From Octopus sinensis (taxonomy: Eukaryota), in the NCBI RefSeq assembly GCF_006345805.1, contig NC_043000.1, forward strand, positions 72,788,001 through 72,852,000: a DNA stretch of 64,000 nt. The letters run 5' to 3'. A program made the position numbers and the translations under genes. Position 1 is the first letter of the stretch; every line of letters begins with the position of its first letter. The notes beneath the pieces were generated by a model. That model saw only the letters and a list, made by a program, of their open reading frames with translations, made no database searches and was not told the origin of the DNA. Below are positions 12,705 to 23,582 of this stretch, piece after piece.

Positions 12705-13290
12705 TTTTCGCCTTCGGCCCAATGCCTCCATGCTGCCAACAAAGCATGCGGAGTTCTGTTTTTGATTCGACGGTCATTCAGAATGCTCACAGCAGCCATA
12801 TTCCTACTGCTCTATGTCACGCTGGTGAGACCCATATTGGAGTACGGGATTCAAGCCGCTTCTCCTTATCTCCTCAAAGACATACATCATCTTGAAAGAG
12901 TCCAGAAGCTGGCTACCCACATGGTTCTTGGTCTCAAGCATTTGTCTTATGAAGAAAGGCTGAAGACGCTCGACCTTTATTCTCTAGAATAAACGACGAT
13001 GCCGTGCTGATCTCATTCTCGCTCAAAACACCATAAGCAGAAAGTGCAACCTCTCGAAAGAGCTATTCTTCACTCCTACTCCAGAGCATCAGCTGCGGGA
13101 TCACTCTGAAAAGCTCTATCTGCGACGATTTCATATCAATCGAAGGAGAGGAGCTTTCTCCGTCCAGGTTGCAGATCCGTGGAATAAGCTGCTGGACAAG
13201 ATAGTGACGATGCCGACGACCACTCGGTTCAAAGACCAGAAATGGCCTGAACTCTTTGCATGAACACCCTCCCGTCCCCCTACATAGCCT
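12705..13290 (+). mobile_element. CR1-type LINE 3' fragment
   Basis: [13 protein letters not shown]...LERVQKLAT...LSYEERLKTLDLYSLE* is a typical CR1/L2 RT C-terminus, with stops. Confidence 0.85.
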
Positions 13291-13699
13291 TGCTTTTGCT
13301 TTTTGAGCCAAAAAATTAACTTAACTTATGTATATAAAAATATATATATACATATACATATGTATATATAAATATATATATACATATATATACATATGTA
13401 AATATATATATATACACATATATATACATATGTATATGATTGATTCATTGATTGATTCTAGTTTCAGCTCATGAGCTGTGGCCATGCTGGGGCACCAAAT
13501 ATATATATAAATTAAATTAGGGATAAAACCACTATTAGGCAAATCAAACATAAACCAAAACATAAAAATAAACATAATTAATATAATATACAAAATATAT
13601 AAAATATAAAATTTAAAATTTAAATCATTTAAATTTAAAATTTTTAATTTATATTAATAAATTTTTATAATTTTTTAAATATTTTTAAAATTAAATTTT

Positions 13700-15300
13700 T
13701 AATTTTTAAAAAAATATATATAACTACTAGCAGTATCGCCCGGCGTTGCTCGGGCTTGTAAGGGAAATAACTATAAAGCATTTTTAGAGAGTTATAGCCA
13801 AAAAATAGCAAAAAAATGGGAAAAAAAATTATGGTAAATTTTTTTCGATAGTTAAAAAGGTCGAGTTGCGTCCCCTAGACCATCTGTGGTTTGTGTTTCT
13901 GATTGTCGACCCCATGTCGAATTTATCGATCTTTTTCAGAACTGGGGGAACTTTTCAAAATTTTCACTGCGTTAGTTTTGAATTATGACATTGGGCTATG
14001 TGTGTGTCAAGTTTCATTAGAATCGGTTGAAAGCCGTGGTCAGAGTGAGGGTACAACCAAACAGACACACACAGACAAACTGCCGTTTATATAGAGAGAG
14101 ATCAAAAAGTATTAAAATGTTTAATATAAGATAAGGTTTTAATATAAGATATAAGTAAAACAACTACGTACGTTTCATGCCCATAACCTAATTTGAATTA
14201 CAATAATTTAAATTCAATTAATAATTCGAATTATAGTTATAGTCAATCTTCAGGTTAATGATAATAGTTAAATAAATAAGCAAATATATTTAAACAATAT
14301 TTTTTAAGAAATAAATAAAATAGAAATTTTTCTTATAATAAACTCTATTATCAAACTAGAAACTTTAACGATTAGGATTATGTCATACAATCCAATTATT
14401 ATGTTAAATATTAATTTTTAAGGTAAAAATAGATAGAAAATGTATTTATCTATTCAGATATAATATGGCTTTAAAAAACATAATAAACTCACGAATAACC
14501 TAATCTCAGTTATAGTCAATATCTAATTACCTAATTATTTAACAAAAAATAATTTAAAAAATAATCACTATTCATATCATTAAATTTAAGTTCAAATCTA
14601 ATAATTATAAAATATTTGAATAATAACTAAATTATTATCAATAAATATATATAAATATAATAATTAAGATCTAAAATTATCTCTATTAATAAATATATAT
14701 GCGTATTATAAAAAACTAAATAAATTTATTATTCCATTATTACTTACGAAATATATGAAAAAATTAAAAAATTAAAGAAGAAAAAGCAAATTGTAAACGT
14801 ATAACCTATCTTAAAAAAACCCTATAACTATTTAATCAATATATCTCGGCTAATTAATAACTTACAAAAACCGTATAGTTATGATCTAATAATAACGATA
14901 TACATATCTTCAGCAACTAAATTTCTTATATTAGGATTAATGCGTAATATATCTAGGTTAACATCTTTATTATCGTTATATCAATAAATTTCAGTATTTC
15001 GGTCTGTTTTATTTATATTTACTACTCTGTTTCGATTTCAGTTATTCTTACTCATCATATTTCTACTGTGTATTCTATAATCTATTTCTTCTTTCTTTAT
15101 TTTTTTAAAAATATATATAACTATCAAAAAGTATTAAAAAGTTTAATATAAGATAATAAGTAAAACCACTACGTACGTTTCATGCCCATAGCCTAATTCA
15201 AATTACAATAATTTAAATTCAATTAAAAATTCGAATTATAGATATAGCTAATCTTCAGGTTAATAATAGTTAAATAACTAAGCAAATATATTTAAACAAT
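13700..15300 (-). mobile_element. AT-rich Penelope-like remnant bounded by ~200-bp direct repeats, each with a hammerhead-like motif
   Basis: 14102-14300 ~ 15124-15300. Minus strand AAC-CTGAAGA...GAAAC-GTAC-GTA-GT(T/G) in each. Internal 14930-15120 matches 20685-20820. Confidence 0.65.
13727..14101 (-). mobile_element. non-autonomous Helitron nested in a PLE terminal repeat
   Basis: A|TC...CCCGAGCAACGCCGGG...CTAG|T on the minus strand. The empty site taacta|tcaaaaag is present in the paralogous repeat at 15118-15131. Confidence 0.9.
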
Positions 15301-15329
15301 ATATAGATATATATATATAAATATATACA

Positions 15330-15519
15330 CATATGTATATTTATATATATGTATATATATATATGTATATCTACATATGTATATCTACATATGTATATCT
15401 ACATATGTATATCTACATATGTATATCTACATATGTATATCTACATATGTATATATACATATGTATATCTACATATGTATATCTACATATGTATATCTAC
15501 ATATGTATATCTACATATG

Positions 15520-15551
<32 letters not shown>

Positions 15552-15570
15552 ATACATATACATCTATATA
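15330..15570. repeat. 14-bp minisatellite (atatgtatatctac)n
   Basis: About a dozen near-perfect units. Confidence 0.95.
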
Positions 15571-17275
15571 TCTGGTGGTCAATGAGGAAACTAGGGATAG
15601 ATGATTAGTGAGAGCTGTGCGAGCCATGTACAGGGACACTGTTAGTAAGGTGAGGGTTGGCAACGAGTACAGTGAAGAATTCAGGGTAGAGGTAGGGTCC
15701 ACCAAGGTTCAGTCCTCAGTCCCCTCCTATTTATCATAGTCCTCCAGGAAATAACGGAGGAATTCAAGACAGGATGCCCCTGGAAGCTTCTCTATCCTGA
15801 TGACCTTGCTCTAATTGCTGAGTCACTATCAGAACTGGAGAAGTTTCAAGTGTGGAAGCCAGGATTAGAATCAAAGTCAACCTAGCTAAAACCAAAGTCC
15901 TAATAAGTAGGAAGGTAGACAAATAACAAACCCTTTCAGGTAGATGGCCCTGCTCGATTTGTAGAAAAGGCGTAGGTAGAAACTCATAAGATGCACCAAG
16001 TGTAAGCTATGGACACAAAAGAGGTGCAGCAATGTTAAAGGAAGGCTAACCTTGGAAGATAGTTTTTGTATGTGGCAGATGCTCAGGAGCAATAAACACT
16101 GAAAATGCTCTGAGACCAACTTCTGCCACATTCCAGGGAGAAAAACTAGAAATAGTTGATAGCTTCCGTTACCTAGGTGACCAAGTCAGTAGCGGGGGCG
16201 AGTGTGCTGAAAGTGTAACTGCTACAGTAAGAACAGCTTGGGCAAAGTTCAAAGAATTCTTACCTCTGCTGGTGATAAAAGGTCTCTCGCACAGAGTAAA
16301 AGGCAGACTGTATGACACGTGTGTACGAACAGCCATGCTACATGGCAGTGAAACATGGGCCGTGACTGCTGAGGATATGCGTAAGCTCGCAAGAAATGAA
16401 GCCAGTATGCTCCGATGGATGTGTAATGTCAGTGTTCATACTCGACAGAGTGTAAGTACCTTGAGAGAAAAGCTGGACCTAAGAAGCATCAGCTGTGGTG
16501 TACAAGAGAGACGTTTGCACTGGTATGGTCATGTGGCGAGAATGGATGAAGATAGTTGTGTGAAAAAGTGCCACACCCTAGCAGTTGAGGGAACCTGTGG
16601 AAGAGGCAGACCCAGGAAAACCTGGGACGAGGTGATGAAGCACGACCTTCGAACATTAGGTCTCACCGAGGAAATGACTAGAGACTGAGACCTTTGGAAG
16701 TATGCTGTGCGTGAGAATACCAGGCAGGACAAGTGAGACCATAACCTGTGGCCTCTACCTGGGATGTAGCCAGTCCACCTATGCATGCCTTTACTTCTTG
16801 GGACACAAAACTCTACTTGTGTTGAGGCAAGTGAAAATCAAAATCAAAATCGAAATTGAAATCGATCAACATCAATGGAAATTGCAGCTGTGATACCAGT
16901 GCCAGTGGTACGTAAGAGAACCATCCGAATGTTGCCGTTGTCAGCACCGCCCCGACTGGCCTCGTGCCAGTGGCATGTAAAAAGCACCATCCAATCGTGG
17001 CTGTTGCCAGCCACGCCTGGCCCCCGTGCCGGTGGCACATACAGAGCACCATCCGATCGTGGCCATTTGCCAGCCACGTCTGGCACCTGTGCCGGTGGCA
17101 CGTAAAAAGCACCCACTACACTCATGGAGTGGTTGGTGCTAGGAAGGGCATCCAGCCATAGAAACATTGCCAGATCAGACTGGGCCTGGTGCAGTCTTCT
17201 GGCTTCCCAGACCCCAGTTCAACCATCCAACCTATGCTAGCATGGAAAGCAGATGCTAAACGATGATGATGATGA
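15570..17275 (+). mobile_element. 5'-truncated degenerate RTE LINE with 3' UTR
   Basis: Colinear with 23710-25505, with stops and indels; ORF 16272-16688 is the RT C-terminus; (ATG)n tail. Confidence 0.9.
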
Positions 17276-17284
17276 TGACATTAT

Positions 17285-17710
17285 ATATAATCATCATCAT
17301 TTAACGTCCGCTTTCCATGCTAGCATGAGTTGGACGATTTCGACTGAGGGCTGGCGAACCAGATGTCTGCACCAGGCTCCAATCTTGATCTGGCAGTGTT
17401 TCTACAGCTGGAGGCCCTTCCTAACGCCAACCACTCCGAGAGTCTAGTGGGTACTTTTTACATGCCACCGGCACAGGGGCCAGTCAGGCGGTACTGGCAA
17501 CGACCTCGCTCGAATCTTTTTACACATGCTACCGGCACAGGTGCCAGTAAGGCAATGCTGGTAACGATCACGCTCAAATGGTGCTTTTACGTGCCACCGG
17601 CATGGAAGCCAGTTAGCCACTCTGGCAACGATCATGCTCGGATGGTGCTCTTGGCAACCTACTAGCATGGGCACGAGTGCCAGTAAGGCGACGCTGGTAA
17701 CAATCACACT
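17285..17710 (-). mobile_element. RTE 3'-tail-derived short element, tail-to-tail with the previous copy
   Basis: Reverse complement of the RTE 3' UTR modules. Confidence 0.8.
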
Positions 17711-18025
17711 TAAATATATATATAAATATATATGTATATAAATATATATGTATATATAAATATATATATAAATATACAAATCTGCTTCCACTTTACCATG
17801 TTGAAAATTTGATTGAAATCGGGCAAAAGGTGTCCAATCTACACCCCCAAGTGTCCCCAAAAATCAATAAAATCCCCGTTTTCACACCAAAGCAACCACT
17901 GTAGCACCCCAAAACGTCTCCCAATCAATTTCTCACCTCACGTTACCCACTCCTGTAAATTTTAATCTCCTTCCAGCCCCATTTAGACCCCTTTTGTATC
18001 AATGTTGGCCTTCTTCATTTGATAG

Positions 18026-18249
18026 ATTAGACAGATATACCCGGCCATGCTCGGGATCAAAATAGTTTATTATTGTTTTACTTGTTTTGGTACTATAACC
18101 CGATTTCATTCAGGTTTACGCGGGCCACATTTTAAAAGATGAGGAATTTTGCTCTAGAGGCCATGCCTTTCAATTGAGCAAACTCAAAGTTGCCATGCAA
18201 ACTCGCTAGCACTTTTAACATAGTTGTGCATATTTTCAGCTCAATACGA

Positions 18250-18320
<71 letters not shown>
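18026..18320 (-). mobile_element. degenerate non-autonomous Helitron
   Basis: cccggccatgctcggg hairpin resembles the 3' hairpin at 5624-5638; terminal CTAG decayed. Confidence 0.5.
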
Positions 18321-18326
<6 letters not shown>

Positions 18327-18418
18327 CACATTAAATATGTTCATATATACGCATTATATATACATGTCTACACACACACATATATAAATATATATACTTT
18401 ATATATATGTATACACAT

Positions 18419-18450
<32 letters not shown>

Positions 18451-19089
18451 CACACATATATATATAAATTAACACAATATGTCTGATTAATATCTGTTAT
18501 GATTGTGTGGTGGTGGTGGTGGTGGGCGATAATAATTCACCGTTCTAAAAGACCTGTGGCAGGAATATTTAAACTTTTGCAGCTGTCAATGCTTTCTCTC
18601 TATAGATACAGACAGACGTACAGTGAGAGAGGTGGTGGGAGAAAAAGTGACAGAGAGACGGCGAAGGCAGAGAGGGAATGAGAGAGGAAGCTGTCAAATG
18701 TCGTTATAGAGAGAAATTGGAGGGAAGGGAGGAAAGAGGGAGATCGAGGAAAACAGGGTGATATCCGAAAGAGAGAAACGACAAACACTTGTCAAAGTCT
18801 GGGTTTTGTTGTCCTAGTAACCACAGCTTTTGAGATAGGAGTTTCTAACCTAGTCCAGTTGCTTTCTTGCCTCTTTTTACATGTCCCTATAAATTTTGGA
18901 GCCAATCCAACCCCATCTAGCACTCTTTAAACCGTTCCCATCCCAAAATGAGACAAACAAATTTTTCGCATTTCAGCTTTATAGATATTGATAAATATAA
19001 ATGTAAATGTAAACATATATATATATATTATTGATAGAAATGGTAAGACAACAAAAGAATGTATCTGTAAATATAATATGTGATAATTA

Positions 19090-20830
19090 TTTAGTAGCCA
19101 TGATAAAACTCCAAGTTTTGGATATCAGGGCAGAAACCCACGCCACTATCTCTTCAGTTATCTGGCCAGTGAAAAAATGCTATAAAAATGACCATTAAAC
19201 AAAGGGAAATTACTGTGTGATTGACCGTTATTAAGACAAAAGAGCTATCAGAATGACCGCTAAGTGAGGGGAAGGAGTAAAGGTAAGGGAGTGAAAATGT
19301 TCATAGTATTCGCGTAAGCGAATAAGAATATTTATAAGCCTTATAGGAAGCCAAATGATAGACTTAGTTATATTAATGTGGGTTCCTGCCATTCCCCCAT
19401 AGTGTTAAAAAATTTAGTTAAAAACATTAGCAAAAGAATTTCTAGCCTCTCCACCGATAGGGACATTTTTAATAGCGTTACCCCAGTATATAATAAGGCT
19501 CTAAAAGATAGTGGATTTAGCGAGGAGATAACCTATACACATGCCACCAGTCTAATAATAAAGAAGAGGAAACCATTTAGGATATATAAAGGTCTTTATA
19601 TATATATATATTTCTAATAATTGAATATATTATATCATCATATCTATAATGATACAGTAATGTATCAACCTAATTAGATATATATCAATATATCACACTT
19701 TCTATTTCATAATTTGAAAGGAATATTTAATGATTCTTAGAGGACATGTGTAATTCAGATATTTACCAATATATTTACTAATGAATTTAACAATACTATA
19801 AAATAAAAATTTTATGGTTAATATAGAACATACGATATCTCTGTTAATAATAAGAATTAAGGAATCCTTTATTGATATTTGGAAAATAGATATTTAGGTG
19901 CATGTAGGCAGGCCAAAACTTTCTCAATCCTCTCATTCAATAATTGCTTTTTAGAGAATAGAATATTATAGCTCTCTGATGTACATAAGGTACAAATTTT
20001 GTACCTAAATGAGATTTTGCATAGGTTAATATTTTCCATCTAATTTTAAAACTAATATTGCTATCTTCTAATCTCCATATGAATTTGCTAAGGCTTGTGT
20101 TATTGCGTTTCATGTGATTTCAATAAGAATTTCCATGATTAGAAATTCTAGTTTTCTTAAAACATTCAGTCGATCCAATATAGAAGTAATTTTTCCCTTC
20201 TGCTTCTATGATAGCTTGGCATACTGGTATACCAGATTTTTATGCTTGCAATAATTATTAAATTTGTATTTTTCTTTCATCTTACAATCACAAAATTTAT
20301 TAAAAATTATCTTCAGAATTAATTGGACCTAAGAAGCATCAGTTGTAGTGTGCAAGAGAGACAATTGCGCTGGTATTTATTCCAAACAATTTCAGTATAC
20401 TTATTACAAGCAAAGTGCTTGTTTATCAGTCTATATATACCTTTGATTGTTATTATTTGTTTAGCAAAAGGCAAGATTAGCCATAGAATATTTTCATTTA
20501 TTTTATTATTAGTATGTAATTCCAAGTGTTTATTTGGTGGATTTTACACAAGGTGTATATTTTCTATTTCTATTGATTTTAGTACTGTAATTTCCACTTT
20601 TATTATTATTTTTATAGTTAGATTTCAAGTTATTAATCTGGTGAATAACAACATTATTTCTATCAAAAATTGCATTTCTTATATTAGGATTAATATCTAG
20701 GTTTACATCTTTATTATCATTATATCGATAAATTTCGATTTCAGTTATTCTTACTCATTATATTTCTACTGTGTATTCCATAATCTATTTCTTCTTTATT
20801 TTTTTTTTAAATATATATAACTATTTCTTC
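19090..20830. mobile_element. rearranged AT-rich Penelope-like fragments
   Basis: ORF 19378 (HSPIVLKNLVKNISKRISSLS...YNKALKDSGF) is the PLE RT thumb; minus-strand RT remnants; hammerhead-like motif at 19102-19162 (minus). Confidence 0.65.
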
Positions 20831-20929
20831 TTTATTTATATTATTTATTTTACCCTTTATGCAAGGTTTTTTCATATTATTATTATATTTTCTTACTTCT
20901 TGATCTACGCTCGTATTATTAACAATAGG

Positions 20930-21120
20930 CGCGGGCATGGCTGTGTGGTTAGGGAGCTTGCTTCCTAGCTACATGGTTTCGGGTTCAGTCCCACTGCGTG
21001 GCACTTTGGGTAGGTGTCTTTCACTATAGCCCCGAGCTGACCGGAGCTTTGTGATTGAATTCGGTAGGTGGAAGTTACTGCCGTGTGTGTATATGTGCGT
21101 GTAGGTGCTTGTGCCTCTCC
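20930..21120 (+). mobile_element. 5' part of tRNA/CORE-type SINE
   Basis: ggcgcgggcatggctgtgtgg...ggttcagtcccactgcgtggcactttgggtaggtgtc (A/B boxes plus CORE-like segment). Confidence 0.8.
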
Positions 21121-21254
21121 GAAAGAGAGAGAGGGATGTCTATTATATCTAATTTTCTGTTTATATTCTACATTTTCTAATGCAATGTTGTATAATGCTT
21201 TATTTTCATCAAAAATCTCATTATAAGAGAGGTATTCTTTTATTCTTTATTCAT

Positions 21255-21600
21255 TTACTTGTTTCAATCATTTGACTGGGGCTATGCTGGAGCACCGCCT
21301 TTAGTCGAGCAAATCGACCACAGGACTTATTCTCTTGTAAGCCTAGTACTTATTCTATTGGTCTCATTAGCCGAACCGCTAAGTTACGAGGGTGTAAACA
21401 CACCAGCATCGGTTGTCAAGCAATGTTGGGGGGACAAGCACAGATAAACATACATATACACATATATACAATGGGCTTCTTTCAGTTTCAGTCTACCAAA
21501 TCCACTCACAAGGCTTTGGTCTGCCCAAGGCTATAGTAGAAAACACTTGCCCAAGGTGCCACAGTGGGACTGAACCTGTAACCATGTGCTTGGTAAGCTA
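21255..21600 (-). mobile_element. tRNA/CORE-type SINE
   Basis: Reverse complement of 32740-33085. Confidence 0.85.
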
Positions 21601-21639
21601 ATTCTTTTTCTATATTTTTAACAAAACAATTAGGAATTG

Positions 21640-23540
21640 ACTTTGGATGATTGTCTTTAATATTAATATAAGTTAGTTTAGAATTCGTTTTATGGTATTA
21701 ATATAAGTTATTTTAGAATTCGTTTTACTTGTATTTAGATTAAAATTCACATCCAAAAAGTTAACAGAATTATGCTCCCTTTCTATTGAAATATTTAATC
21801 TAAATCTATTGAACAACTGATGCAATTTTTTCTTGTATAACTCTAGTTTTCTATTAGATGGAGTCTTGATGATAAACAGTACATCATCCCTATATAATTC
21901 ACCCCCTATTTCTGGAAATTCATTATTAAACTTACGTAAAATGTATATTCTGACCAAACCTGTCACCTGAGCAAAATCAGTTGTGTCCATAGCTATACTG
22001 AAACAGTCAGGTGTGTCTTTTCTAGCCCATAATTTTTTATCAAAATTTATTATTGATTACCTGGCTGTTAAAATAACTTTATTTCTTTCTTTCAGTTATT
22101 TTTGTATTATTCCCAGCAAATATAGGTGCACTATTTAGAATTGCTGGGTTAATAGATGAGCAGTAATCATTAATGTTCACCTGCAAGAATTTGCATTTAT
22201 CCTTGTTATCAATTTTGTTAAACCAATTAATTGCCTCTTTCAACATTAAATTTGTCAAGCACCCACTTAGAAATAAACATTTAAAGAAATTAAGGTTCAT
22301 AATCTCAGATTTAAAATCAAAAAATGGTATTTTAGTTCACTTGGACAAAGAAATTACTAGAAAATATAAGGCAATTAACAAGTATAGATCAATATATCTA
22401 GAATCTAAAAAATAATGACTGAATACACTATAAACAATAGAACGGAACCTTCTGTTCCATTAAGACCAAAAATATCTTTGAAGGACCACAAAGATAATTT
22501 TGAAACAGACCTTAAGGTTAGATTAATTTGCCAAGTTAAATCAGATAGGCAAATTTATTATGGATATATATATAAATGAACTGAAAAATGAAATTAAATA
22601 TAAGCTTTGGGCAAATATACAAAAGGCAATTAATTCCCTCTTTAATAGATCTACCCTTAAATTATCCTACTCTTCTTCACCCAGTATAGAATCTATCGTT
22701 ACCTCTTCCAATAAATGTAAACATAATTCCTATTTAAATATATATAAAATAATAACATAAGTCAAAGCCATGAAAAAACTAATACCAATATTGATGGCAT
22801 ACACCACACCTGCAAACTTAGCATTACAACCAGAATTAACCAAGATATAAATATCCCCACTTCCTATGAAGGCCAAAATGTAACTGAGGCAAATGTGGAT
22901 ACTTATAGCACCACAACTAATACTAATATCAAAAACTCTAATACCATCACTACTACTAATAACATTAACAGTAATAACAACAATAATACAAGCCAATCCC
23001 CAAATAACACCCTTAATTTTAATTTCTCCATAAATAGTACTGCATCTTCACTTTCCACTAACATACATAGGACTGATAGCTGCAACTGCCAATGCATGAC
23101 AGAATGCCCGTTGCAAGCCCACTGCAGAAGGTTTAACGTAGTACACAAACGCACAGGCCACTACATATTGCATAATTCTACTAACTACTATATCAGGTCC
23201 ACTATTAATTTTAAACAGATATTCAGCACATATCAACTCATTTTAAGTATGAGGAGTATAGAAAATCGACCTCTCTATCCAACTATATACACCATAGAAA
23301 GATACCATATATGATATCATGAGACATAACAGATTCCAGGATCCCATTCCAAGGCCAAAAATCCACTTGGCTATGCCTAAAAGAAGCATTCCAAATATTA
23401 ATGCATAATTCATCGCAAATGCAAAATAAACAACATGAAACTTTTTTTACATATTGTCATAGGTTCTATTACACCTTCAAATTCTTCTATAGGTCCAAAT
23501 ACAAAGAAAATCAACATGCATAACACATCCATCCACAGTC
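21640..23540. mobile_element. AT-rich Penelope-like element fragments in inverted arrangement (RT and GIY-YIG remnants)
   Basis: Minus ORF 21673-21990 DFAQVTGLV...LYRDD...VNFLDV (RT). Plus strand LKLSYS, then CNCQCMTECPLQAHC linker and degenerate GIY-YIG (22895-23314). Confidence 0.75.
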
Positions 23541-23582
23541 ATTACAATACATATATATATATATATAAAGCTACTGATGCTA

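Noticed and set aside
16880-17110. CRISPR-like repeat-spacer appearance of the gtgccggtggcacgtaaaaagcacc modules
   Set aside because: The 'spacers' are homologous to each other, the array is part of an RTE 3' UTR, and the context is eukaryotic with no cas genes.
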